Part shown: positions 36,017 to 45,679 of the stretch, one piece after another | Layout of the letters: every line of letters begins with the position of its first letter | Numbering within the stretch: the first letter of the stretch is position 1 | Source of the DNA: Vermamoeba vermiformis | Taxonomy: Eukaryota | Length of the DNA stretch: 64,000 nucleotides | Direction: 5' to 3' | Assembly (NCBI GenBank): GCA_045837725.1 | Contig: JBEWZL010000260.1 | Coordinates: 1 to 64,000, forward strand | Position numbers and translations under genes: made by a program | The notes under the pieces: model-generated | What the model saw: the letters and a program-made list of their open reading frames with translations, nothing else | Told to the model about the DNA's origin: nothing | Databases searched by the model: none

Positions 36017-39000
36017 CTATTTCTTACTAAAATTGAGTCGTGTGATTTCCTTTGCGAAGCGGATGTCAAAGTGATCGAGCAGATCGGCGATGTAGGCAAG
36101 TGATTCGGCGCGAGTCTTGATCTGAGGGATTTCTTTGTCGAATTTACGAGAGAGCGAGCTGAGAACAAAGGCAGATCCAGTGCCAAGTAATTCTTTTAGC
36201 TTCTTCGAGATCTTGATGAGCGGGTAGTGAGGCATTCGCTCAATGTCGAGTTTGAGGCGGGACAATTCATCGCGCAGCAAATAAAAGGTGTCGAGAGCGG
36301 ACAATTGGCGGCGTCTGGATCGTGGTTGAACTTCGGGTTCTTCTGCGTTATAAATTTCTTCGAGAATTTCAGCAGCTGATTTTCCTTCTTCTTCGTACAA
36401 TGTCTCGGGTAATTTTTCTTCTTCAGGCTTCGTTTCGGGGGTGTCAGGAGCGATAGTTGAATTTTCAAGCAAGTGTATGTCGAGATCTTCTTCTTCTTTT
36501 TCTTCTACTTCTTCTTTAACTCTCTTCTCCTTAATTTTCGGTTGCGGCATGAGCGCTGGGTCGCGAAGAGTGACTGGCGCTAATTTCTCGATGTGAATGT
36601 GGAATCGTTGAGCGGGATCAGATTCGGATGCGATTAAATATGTCAAATTATTCAATTTTTCTATAACCTTGAAAGGGCCTTCATATCGAGGTTGAAATTT
36701 CTTCTGACCAGAGATGACTGGAATCTTCTTGTAGACGAGATCACCAATGTTGAATTCGTGAGCGGACTTTCCTTTGTCGTAATTCTTCTTCTGATGAGCG
36801 TGGGCTTTGTCGAGAGCTTTATTAGCAAGTTTGTAGGCGTCGTTGAGCTTGTAGAGCTGCTCGCGGACCCATTCGTTGAGCGTGGTCGGATCTGTATTTT
36901 TAGAACGGATCAAATCCAGATCGCAAGGCAGGCGTAAAATTCTTCCGTAAACGAGTTCTGCGGGACTATAACCAGTTGATGCTTGCATGACAGTGTTGTA
37001 AGAGAAGATGACGGCACGGAGATTTTCATCCCAATTCTTTTCGGCACGGGTGACGAACGCGGAGAGCATTGTTGCTAAAGTTTGATTAAATTTCTCAACC
37101 AAACCATCGGTTTGAGGATGATACGGCGTTGTGAATATTTTCTTCGTTTGCAAGAAGGTTGTCAGATCTTTGAGAAGTTGTGACGTGAACTGCGATCCTT
37201 TGTCTGAGAGAATTCTTGACGGAGCACCATAGCGAAAGACTACTTCGTCGAGAAGTAATTTGGCGATTGTCTGAGCTTCCATGTCGGGAACTGCGAAGGC
37301 TTCTACTAACTTCGTAAAATAATCAATAAATACTACGATGTACTTGTTGCCATTGTGCGATTTCTTGAGCGGGCCTAGAATATCGACGCCAATAACATCG
37401 AATGGAAATTTTCCTTGAACTCTTCCCATTTTTCCAAATTTGGGGTGGCGACGGAATTTTCTTTTGTTGCAGAATTCACAGCTGAGAACGTAGTTGCGGA
37501 TGTCGCGTTGCATGTTGGGCCAGTAGAATCGTTGTCGAACACGGTCTAGAGTCTTGAAAAATCCTAAATGAGCACCCATCTTAGAGTCGTGGCACAGTTG
37601 CAGGATCTGGTAGCGCATCGATAGCGGAATAACTAGTTGATACGCGGAATCAAATCTACGATTGTGAGCAGCAGGAGCGAAGCTTCTATAGACGATGTTG
37701 TCAGGACCAAGGACCAAGTCTTTGCATTCCATATAAATTCGTTGAACTTCATTCTTGTCGTCAGTGTCGAAAACTCCTTCTTTGAGATATCTGAAGTAGC
37801 GCGAGATTATCGGGTCTTCTAATTGAGCGATGTTGAGATTCTTGAGAATAGTGTCGAAAGTAGTGTCTTCATAAACAGCAGCAATATCATTTGAGCGAGC
37901 AGGAATGCGCGAGAGAGCGTCAGCGTTCGAGTGTGTTGAACCAGGGCGATGAACTATGTCGAAGTCGTAGTCTTGCAATTTCAATGACCAGCGGCAAATT
38001 CTTGAGTTCGTATCAGTCGTTTCTTTGAGCCATTTAAGCGCGATATGATCTAAAATAACAGTGAATTTTCTTCCAATTAAATAAGGTCGGAAAATTTTGC
38101 AGGCGTCCACGAAAGCAAGGCATTCTTTCTCCGTAGTTGTGTAGTTTCGTTCGGCGGCGTCCAATACGCGACTCCAGTAGGCAATGACTGAGGGCTGTTG
38201 CGGATCTTCTTGAGGCTGTTCGAGAACGGCGCCAATACCAACATCTGAGGCGTCGGTGTAGAGCACAAAGTCTTTGTTGAAGTCTGGGAAGCGTAGTACA
38301 GGCTTTGTCGTGAGTGCGAGCTTGAGACTGTTGAATGCGCGTTGTTGAGTAGACTCCCATTTAAAAATAGCTTTCTTCGATGTCAGCGATGTCAGTGGTT
38401 CGGCGATCGTTGCAAAATCAGGAATAAATCTGCGATAATAACCGGCAATACCAAGGAAACTCTTCAGTTCGGACTTGTGTTGAGGGACAGGCCAATTAAT
38501 GATAGCAGCGACTTTGTCGGGATTAGGACTGCATCCTTTTGACGAGATGATGTGGCCAAGGAACGGAATTTCTTCGAGACAAAAGTTGCATTTCTCCGGT
38601 GACAGCTTGATGTTCGCGCTGCGAAGACGATCTAGGACTGTTTGAATATTCTTGAGGTGTTCTTCAAAGTTTCGTGAGAAGATAATAATATCGTCTATGT
38701 AAACTAAGCATATTTCATAGAGCAAACCGCTAAGTACGAGATCCATCATTCGCTGAAATGTTGCTGGTGCGTTCGTTAAACCAAAAGGCATTCGTTTGAA
38801 TTGAAACAAGCCTCTGTGTGATACAAAAGCTGTTTTCTCGCGGTCGTTGACGTTCATGAGGATTTGCCAATAGCCTTTTCGTGCATCCAGTGTAGTGAAG
38901 TAAACCATGCCTGCGAGTGAATCCAGGGTGTCGTCGATACGTGGCAGGGGATAGGCGTCCTTCTTGGTAAGGGCGTTGAGCCCTCTAAAGTCGATACAAA

Positions 39001-40111
39001 AGCGAAATGTTCCGTTCTTCTTTTTGACGAGATGGACAGGCGCGGCCCATGGCGATTCAGACGGTTCTATTACGTTGTTCTTAAGCATATAATCTATCTC
39101 TTCATCAATTACGGCTTTCTGTTGTGGCGTTGTGCGTCGGAGTCGTTCTTGAACTGGCTGAGAATTCGGATCTGTCAAATTGATGTGACATTTGACGTTT
39201 GACACATTTGTCATTCCTTCGTCATTGTCGGCAAATAAATCACGGTAGTGAAACAAGACTTCTTTAAGAGCGAGTGACTGAACAGTGTTGATCTTGGACT
39301 TTCGGAACGAGTGATCCAATTTCTTGAAGAATTCTTCTTTCTGAGCGGCAGGGACTTGAGCATTGTCGACAGAAGCGATTTGACCTTGATGGTGTTGAAG
39401 GATGATGTCATCGTAGGGCACAAAGTGTCCAATTAAAGTACCAGCAGGAATAGTAACGGCGTGATATTCCATATTTAGAAATTGAACGTACATTACTCCG
39501 TTGCGGACAGCACTAAGAGTACGACCAACTGAAGCTTTGAAGAGGCGTCTGAAGCGTGTGCTAGGTTCTACTATGCCAGAGAATGAGCCACGGTTGTTTG
39601 GAAGTTGATAAGTGATTCGAGTGCGCGGATCCAAAACTAATTCTTCGTCCAAATAGAGCTTTTGATGAATTGGAGTGACTGGCGGAATATTCATGAATTG
39701 TCGTTCTTGAGTAACGGGCGAGTGCTTGGGGTCAGTGCGAAGTACGAGTTGATTGTTGTCTTGATCTAGTAACGCTTGATATTTTCTGAGGAAATCATTC
39801 CCTAGAATAAATTGCGAGCGCATATGGGGTACGATAATAATTGGTATTATCCAGGTGACCAAATTAATACGTACTGATCCATAAATTTCACCAATGTTCG
39901 GGATCGGCGTATCGTTGAGCGCTCCCAAGTTGGCGAATCGAGGTTGGAGGGGTGGTTTGTTGGGTAGGGCATTGTAGACATCGACTCTCATTAATGTGAA
40001 AGACGCTCCGGAGTCAACCAGTGCATCCACTGCAGTGTCATTAATTTCGAGACGGATGTGCGGGCGAGTGTCGGGTTTGTTGTTGTGGTCGGTCGCATTG
40101 TTCTTATCCAT
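36017..40111 (-). CDS. pol: Pol polyprotein: aspartic protease, RT, RNase H, integrase; probably entered by -1 frameshift at ~40165
   Basis: LVDSGAS; YIDD; YTDAS; H..H..C..C zinc finger; DILG / SDKGSQF / VEKFN DDE; GPF motif. Confidence 0.97.
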   Translation of the reverse strand: MDKNNATDHNNKPDTRPHIRLEINDTAVDALVDSGASFTLMRVDVYNALPNKPPLQPRFANLGALNDTPIPNIGEIYGSVRINLVTWIIPIIIVPHMRSQFILGNDFLRKYQALLDQDNNQLVLRTDPKHSPVTQERQFMNIPPVTPIHQKLYLDEELVLDPRTRITYQLPNNRGSFSGIVEPSTRFRRLFKASVGRTLSAVRNGVMYVQFLNMEYHAVTIPAGTLIGHFVPYDDIILQHHQGQIASVDNAQVPAAQKEEFFKKLDHSFRKSKINTVQSLALKEVLFHYRDLFADNDEGMTNVSNVKCHINLTDPNSQPVQERLRRTTPQQKAVIDEEIDYMLKNNVIEPSESPWAAPVHLVKKKNGTFRFCIDFRGLNALTKKDAYPLPRIDDTLDSLAGMVYFTTLDARKGYWQILMNVNDREKTAFVSHRGLFQFKRMPFGLTNAPATFQRMMDLVLSGLLYEICLVYIDDIIIFSRNFEEHLKNIQTVLDRLRSANIKLSPEKCNFCLEEIPFLGHIISSKGCSPNPDKVAAIINWPVPQHKSELKSFLGIAGYYRRFIPDFATIAEPLTSLTSKKAIFKWESTQQRAFNSLKLALTTKPVLRFPDFNKDFVLYTDASDVGIGAVLEQPQEDPQQPSVIAYWSRVLDAAERNYTTTEKECLAFVDACKIFRPYLIGRKFTVILDHIALKWLKETTDTNSRICRWSLKLQDYDFDIVHRPGSTHSNADALSRIPARSNDIAAVYEDTTFDTILKNLNIAQLEDPIISRYFRYLKEGVFDTDDKNEVQRIYMECKDLVLGPDNIVYRSFAPAAHNRRFDSAYQLVIPLSMRYQILQLCHDSKMGAHLGFFKTLDRVRQRFYWPNMQRDIRNYVLSCEFCNKRKFRRHPKFGKMGRVQGKFPFDVIGVDILGPLKKSHNGNKYIVVFIDYFTKLVEAFAVPDMEAQTIAKLLLDEVVFRYGAPSRILSDKGSQFTSQLLKDLTTFLQTKKIFTTPYHPQTDGLVEKFNQTLATMLSAFVTRAEKNWDENLRAVIFSYNTVMQASTGYSPAELVYGRILRLPCDLDLIRSKNTDPTTLNEWVREQLYKLNDAYKLANKALDKAHAHQKKNYDKGKSAHEFNIGDLVYKKIPVISGQKKFQPRYEGPFKVIEKLNNLTYLIASESDPAQRFHIHIEKLAPVTLRDPALMPQPKIKEKRVKEEVEEKEEEDLDIHLLENSTIAPDTPETKPEEEKLPETLYEEEGKSAAEILEEIYNAEEPEVQPRSRRRQLSALDTFYLLRDELSRLKLDIERMPHYPLIKISKKLKELLGTGSAFVLSSLSRKFDKEIPQIKTRAESLAYIADLLDHFDIRFAKEITRLNFSKK

Positions 40112-40161
40112 AGGCTCTAATAACTGCGCGACAACAGTTGAGCCTTGACTCTTGTCGCGTT

Positions 40162-41181
40162 CTAGTTTTCCGGACGAGATCCAGGCACAGATCTCACGTT
40201 GTTGTTGTTAGGGGCTGATTGGACATGTTGAGGAGCATAATTCATCTCGTGGACTTCGGCGATGTCGTGTGGGCGTTGACCAGGTGGTTTGTAGGGCGAG
40301 CGAGCAACATAGCGAGACGTATCTGACGGAGTTGAACTCTTCTGGGGCTGAGAAGGGGCTGATGGCGAGGTACGATAATCTTTCTTGCGAACTGTGACGT
40401 TGCGAGGATCGAAGGGCAAAGTTTCGCGTGCAGTGTCAGATGCAACGTTGCACTCGTACGAATAATGACCTTTACCACCACAAGCAAAGCAGGTGATATT
40501 GGCCGTAGAATTGGAACCGTTTTGTTGCTTACCAGAATTTTTGGATTTTTCTGGCGTTCGTTTGACATTTCTCTGTTCAGATCCGGATTTAGGTCGGAAT
40601 AACTTTCTGCGACGATCTTCGAGTTGAATGAGTTGCTGGTAGAGTTCTTCTACATTCTTGGCTTCGGGAAACGTGACCATTTGAGCTTTCCAGTCGTTGG
40701 GCAAACCTTTGAGGATCAGATCGAGTTGTTGAGATTCGCTTTTAAGATCTGAGCGGGTTGTAAGTTCCACCGCTCGATTAAAATAACTTTCAACAGTTTC
40801 GTTAAAAGTCATTCTAAAATTGAGGATTTCATCGAGACTAGCGTAGGCCTTAACTCTGAGAATGCTTGCAGAAAGATTCTCGAGAATTTTGTGCGGATCG
40901 TCAACATTGAGACACTTTTGGATGTGGTGCTTGTGAGAAGCCAATCGAGTCATCAGAGCACGTAGAAGCTCGGCAGAGTTGAGACTGAAGATTTGAACGG
41001 TGAGAGCTAGGTTGGTGAACCATTCAAAGCATTGTTGACGTTGCGTGTCAGGATCAGGAATCGGATCAACGGCAGCAATGAAACTATTGACTTTAGCAGA
41101 GTCAATATTCATATCCTCCCGCTCCTTATAAATAGGCACGTGTGACAGTTTCTTGAACGGAGAGACGAGATCTCGCTCCAT
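40162..41181 (-). CDS. gag: Gag with CCHC zinc knuckle
   Basis: ETVESYFNR...ILKGLP; CFACGGKGHYSYEC; first ATG after the PBS at 41181. Confidence 0.95.
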   Translation of the reverse strand: MERDLVSPFKKLSHVPIYKEREDMNIDSAKVNSFIAAVDPIPDPDTQRQQCFEWFTNLALTVQIFSLNSAELLRALMTRLASHKHHIQKCLNVDDPHKILENLSASILRVKAYASLDEILNFRMTFNETVESYFNRAVELTTRSDLKSESQQLDLILKGLPNDWKAQMVTFPEAKNVEELYQQLIQLEDRRRKLFRPKSGSEQRNVKRTPEKSKNSGKQQNGSNSTANITCFACGGKGHYSYECNVASDTARETLPFDPRNVTVRKKDYRTSPSAPSQPQKSSTPSDTSRYVARSPYKPPGQRPHDIAEVHEMNYAPQHVQSAPNNNNVRSVPGSRPEN

Positions 41182-41187
41182 TGTTGA

Positions 41188-41205
41188 CCGGTATGTTCGG
41201 AACCA
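41188..41205 (-). promoter_or_regulatory. Primer-binding site (TGGTTCCGAAC..., possibly tRNA-Glu type)
   Basis: TGG begins 2 nt after the 5' LTR; tRNA identity is inference. Confidence 0.75.
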
Positions 41206-41207
41206 AA

Positions 41208-41341
41208 TGAAATGATTGTAAGACAAGGAGTAGGATAAGAAGACGTTTATTGTGATAGTTACAGCGCTATTTATGCTATCGAAAGGGACATTTCCCTAAC
41301 GATGCGCAATATCGTTCCAACGATATTCGCAATTCGTTACA
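41208..41341 (-). repeat. 5' LTR
   Basis: Identical to 35838-35971. Confidence 0.97.
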
Positions 41342-41346
41342 GAAAT

Positions 41347-42400
41347 CACACGCTTCAACTGTACATCAAGGAGTTAATAATTGATTAGATATAATATAAA
41401 AGGTTAATTAACTTACCTATTGAGAGCTGGCGACTTTTGTCAGCGATCCAAGATCGCGCCAAGTCCAAAATTAACGCGTAATCGGGGTAACTGAACAATA
41501 AAAGGTTATTAGAATTATCATTAAATAAGTTATATAATGTTTATTACTTACTTCAAGAGCCTTCAGAGCTCTTCAGCAAAACTTTAACGGATCGAGATGT
41601 GTCGGATCCCGATCCGAATTATCGCGCTCAAGGGTCGCTCTGACCTTTTTCGATCTACGCTAACGTTAGCAATGATCAGTTAAGCATTATATTGCCTTAC
41701 CTCGGTCCATCAATTAGCACTGACAAGAGTGTTAACGCGCTAGATCTCGCGCCACCAAATCCACCAAAAATTCTATTAAACGATTCTAATAATAAATAAA
41801 GATGTCAGTTTATTACCATTATAATGTAAAATCAATTTTACTTACTTTTGACGCGATCGATGCGCGTCACTGAACTTACGAGAGATCGGGTTGTTAGGGT
41901 GCGCGAGACGTCTCCGGCCCCAGCTCCGTGTCATCTCCTGAACGTAAAATTGCTATCAATGAGTTACTATTCTAATATTTAAGGGGGATCACTTACCTTT
42001 AACCCAATCGATGCCCGGCAAAGAAATTTTAACGGATCGAGACTCGTCGGATCTCGATCTTGTAATTGTTCCTCTGTATTCGTTTTCAGTATTCCTAATG
42101 ATATAACGCGTTAGTAATGAACTCTGTCTAACTATAGAATTACTTACCAGTCCATTATAACAAATGTAATTGATTTGTTAACGCGAGAAGTTCGCGTTCG
42201 AGATCCGCTCTCGTTAACTATTAACACCTAAAATAAAAGTGTTAGATTGTTAAACAATAATAAAATAAACGATTTAAACTACTTACGTTTGATTCATTAC
42301 TGGGAATCGAGAGATCGGATTCGCTCTCGATCTGTAACTCGCACCAAAATTCTGACGTTCAAATTGCCTATTAAATAACGATTAATATATTATGTCAACT
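41347..42400 (-). ncRNA. Putative spliced non-coding hairpin-exon array, block C
   Basis: Seven consecutive introns (41359-41416, 41491-41551, 41655-41700, 41786-41845, 41938-41996, 42095-42147, 42228-42286), all with GTAAG donors; the two exons tested do not join into an open frame. Confidence 0.55.
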
Positions 42401-42939
42401 ATAAAATAAGCAACAATTTGAATTTTACACGAGCACGAAGCTCGATCCGTATTTCGCAATTATTTAAATTCTAACTGTAATTTTAAATTTTAAATTGACG
42501 CGTTCCCTGCGTCATATTGATTATTGTTATTAATAAAAAATAACTTACCAATTATTCTGATGCGTCCAACGCATCCGATCTCGCCATCAAGTTGCCAAAC
42601 CAACGAGCGAGCTGTGGTGATCGTCCCTGCAGCGGGACACGAACGGAAAAGGCCAGGATACCGCGAAACGACCATTGGTGGTCTGGATCTCGCGCATCGA
42701 AAGGGATTGGAACTTTCGATCGCGTTAGAAAATGGCGACGAGTTTCTGTATTGAAAATTAATCATTAATATAATGTACTATAATTAATAAAACGATATTC
42801 AGAAAAAAATCGGGTTAATTTACGACGCACTAAGCTCGATCCGATCTAATTAATTTATACTCAAAAATTTAAAAATTGAATTTATGCTATCGTAATATTA
42901 TAATAGGTGGAACTATTGTATAAAAAATATTACCTTTAA

Positions 42940-43680
42940 TAATCTCGGTCATTGCACCGAGATTCGCACGACACTAGATCGCGTTCTTAGTCTCGCTGGA
43001 ACGACGCTGAAAGTCGTTTGGCGCGTGTGTATTTATAGCAAATAACATATATAAATAACCAGATCGACCCTTGTGGCCGATCTGTTGCGACTCTTGCATT
43101 CGCTGCTGTCAATCGTCGAAATAACTCGCGCTGAACGGCCTTTGTGGCCGTGGCGCGTAACTATCTGTTGTTAATTAACAATAATAAATGAATATAACGA
43201 CCTTTGTGGTCGTTCTGTTGAATTACTGATGCGAAATAGCCCGTGCGCCATTTTCGCATCGGCTCAAATCCGCTGATCCTCCGAAAAAACTCGCGCTGGA
43301 ACGGCTCTGATGCCGCGGCGCGTTACTATCAGCTGTAAATAAACGGTAAAATAAATAACTCGACCCTTGTGGTCGATCTGTCTAAGGTTTTAAAAATAGT
43401 TTCTGAAATTGACGCGTGCGATTTTGACTTATCCGAAATAACTCGCGCTGAACGACGTTAGAGTCGTGGCGCGTCACTAACAGGTGCTAGTAATCAATAA
43501 ATAATCAATTATTCGACCCTTGTGGTCGATCTAACAATTTCGCATCTGGTTTGTTCCAAAAATAACTCGCGCTGTAACGGCTCTGATGCCGTGGCGCGTT
43601 ACTATCAATTGAAATAGCATCTAAACAATAATAATAAATCAGTTGAAAGTTCAATTTGGCCCTTGTGGTCGATCTGTCGC
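42940..43680. repeat. Tandem array of five ~125-165 bp double-hairpin units
   Basis: ctcgcgctg(g)aacgRc-N6/7-gYcg(t)ggcgcg followed by tcgaccYttgtggtcgatct; also at ~31205, 34501, 35075 and 35195. Confidence 0.9.
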
Positions 43681-44445
43681 GGACTTTAAAGAAAAATTGG
43701 CAAAAAATGCGGCGAGTAACGAGAATCTCGTTCATCTCGCGGATTTAATTTTAGATCGAGGTTCAAATCTAACCTCAAACTCAACCAAATATTAAATTTT
43801 TGTTATAATTCTTGTTATTACGTACCTTCAATGCTTCCATTGTAATTAAATGTCCACAGTTCTTCGTTGATCCGTCAATCTGACAAGACGGATCTCCGCG
43901 ACGTTTTCTTCGCCTCTTTGTCGCCGAGAATTTTTCTGGTATTTTTCCTGGTGGATAGTCGGCAGTCTGAATAATATCTAAGCAATGAATTTCCATAATG
44001 AATTTTTCAGTCAAAGTTAGCTATCCGGATCCCCTCAAGGGCCCTGGGGACCCGCCGCTATTTCCGCCTTACCTGGTCGAATCAATTTCTTATCTCATTA
44101 GGTCATATCTGGATTCATCACTGCCTCAGCTCTCATCATTGGCTTCAAGTGAAGCTGTTTGGCATCACAGCTACTGACACATTCCAAGACATGGCCTAGT
44201 GTTCACGCACTTGCATATACCAACTTGTGGACCCTGCTTGTCAGGATTTAGAGTGGGTCTTTGCACATCATGTATTCATTAATCAATGTTTGCACTCTAC
44301 AATTACACTCACCCTCAAACCAAATCCTACAGTAGTAATTAATGTATTATATTTTGAGTGAAGTTCCAGTACAAATTTTTATGAATCTCAGTAAAATAGT
44401 GCTTAGACCAGATATAATTTGCCAACAATACTTGGTAACTGCAAT

Positions 44446-44733
44446 AAATTTTGGCACCTGCTAGCAGGTTTACCAGGGCTAGTGAAAACAAGAAAATTTG
44501 GCACCTGCTAGCAGGTTTACCAGGGCTAGTGAAAACAAGAAAATTTGGCACCTGCTAGCAGGTTTACCAGGGCTAGTGAAAACAAGAAAATTTGGCACCT
44601 GCAGCAGGTTTACCAGGGCTAGTGAAAACAAGAAAACTTGGCACCTGCTAGCAGGTTTACCAGGGCTAGTGAAAACAAGAAAATTTGGCCCCTGCAGCAG
44701 GTTTACCAGGGTTACTGAAAACAAGAAAATTTT
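44446..44733 (+). repeat. R1 47-bp tandem repeat, ~6 copies, with 14-bp palindrome ACCTGCTAGCAGGT
   Basis: Unit aaaatttggcacctgctagcaggtttaccagggctagtgaaaacaag. Confidence 0.95.
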
Positions 44734-44767
44734 TGGATCCAAGTCAGATTGAAGCAATAACACAACA

Positions 44768-45679
44768 ATGGAGAGTGATGATATTGTTATTGACTTAAAT
44801 GCTTTACCAGATGACCACTGGGATATCCAACAAGAGGTGGATGGGGATGCTAATTCTGAAACAGTAAGTGTTTGGGTTTATGTGCAATTAAGCAACAAAT
44901 TAATTAATGAGAGAATTAATTATTTTTAATTAATTTTTACTTTTTTTTTGCAGTTACTTTTGGCAATGGAGCTATTTTACCAAGAGGAATGGACAAGAGT
45001 GAGCTCTCAATCCATAGCCAAATATTTTGAAGTAATCCTGCATCAATTACAAAGTTGGACTATTGTCAACCCATTCACAACAAATTTTGCAAAATATAAA
45101 GAAGATTGTGCATCATTGTGCTTGGAGCTTAGATTAGTCAGCAAATCATTCTACAATTCACAAATCTTGGTTAAACATTTTTTTGTTTCTCAGATGACCT
45201 TGAACTGCCCATTCAACATTGTGGTCAAAATTTTCAAGATACCACGTTACTTTGCCACAAATTTGTTTGAAATTGCAGCAGTAGCCCAGAGCATGAATGG
45301 TCTCATGTTGGCTTGCCTTGCTCACAATGCAAACCCACAAAAATACCAATTGGGACATGGCTTAAAGGCAATTTGGCTGAATAGGTGGATAAATGGTGCT
45401 GCTCTAGTGTATGACCACTTAATCCCTAGTGAAGATCCGGAAGCCAAACTTTGGATGGTTTCTTTGTATCGTTTGTCTGATACTCTACTTTATTTTGCTA
45501 AATCTTTGGGGAACAAATTGGACATGGATCTTGTGCATGAGTTTTTTGAGGAGGACATCAATGATTATCTGAACTCAACTATTGATACAGATGAATTCTA
45601 CACCACAACAGAAGATAACTACTATGATTATGATACGTTAATAGAGGGTATTAATTATCCTCAATTGAACTTTGATTAA
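44768..45679 (+). CDS. Hypothetical two-exon protein, F-box-like segment followed by helical repeats
   Basis: Exon 44768-44863 splices in frame to 44954; LCLELRLVSKSF is F-box-like; acidic tail. Confidence 0.6.

Larger units (their letters stand above)
35838..41341 (-). mobile_element. Intact Ty3/Gypsy LTR retrotransposon
   Basis: Identical 134-bp LTRs (TG...CA), 5-bp TSD GAAAT (35833-35837 / 41342-41346), PBS, PPT, gag plus PR-RT-RH-IN order. Confidence 0.98.

Noticed and set aside
36196-39432. Short overlapping or antisense ORFs within pol
   Set aside because: Shadow frames of a long coding sequence with no independent motifs
40112-40164. Stop-codon readthrough from gag into pol
   Set aside because: 50 nt separate the gag stop and the pol ATG, a second in-frame TAG follows, and pol is in the -1 frame
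33985-41900. Telomerase RNA template inside the arrays (ttagggt at ~33989 and ~41895)
   Set aside because: Only 7-8 nt matches, shorter than the usual ~1.5-repeat template and not conserved across homologous exons
29580-42400. Array exons being protein-coding under an alternative genetic code
   Set aside because: Host genes in this window stop with TAA (Prx), TAG (RasGAP-like) and TGA (FAM32A-like), and the tested exons do not keep frame across junctions
43283-43600. Hammerhead ribozyme (ctgatg within hairpin A)
   Set aside because: CTGATG is followed by C, not A, lies in a variable loop, and no matching GAAA three-way junction is evident
42940-43680. CRISPR array
   Set aside because: Units are bipartite and degenerate, with AT-rich spacers of variable length that resemble each other; no cas genes; eukaryotic context
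44339-44763. ORFs across the 47-bp repeat
   Set aside because: Translations of tandem repeat sequence with no coding signature
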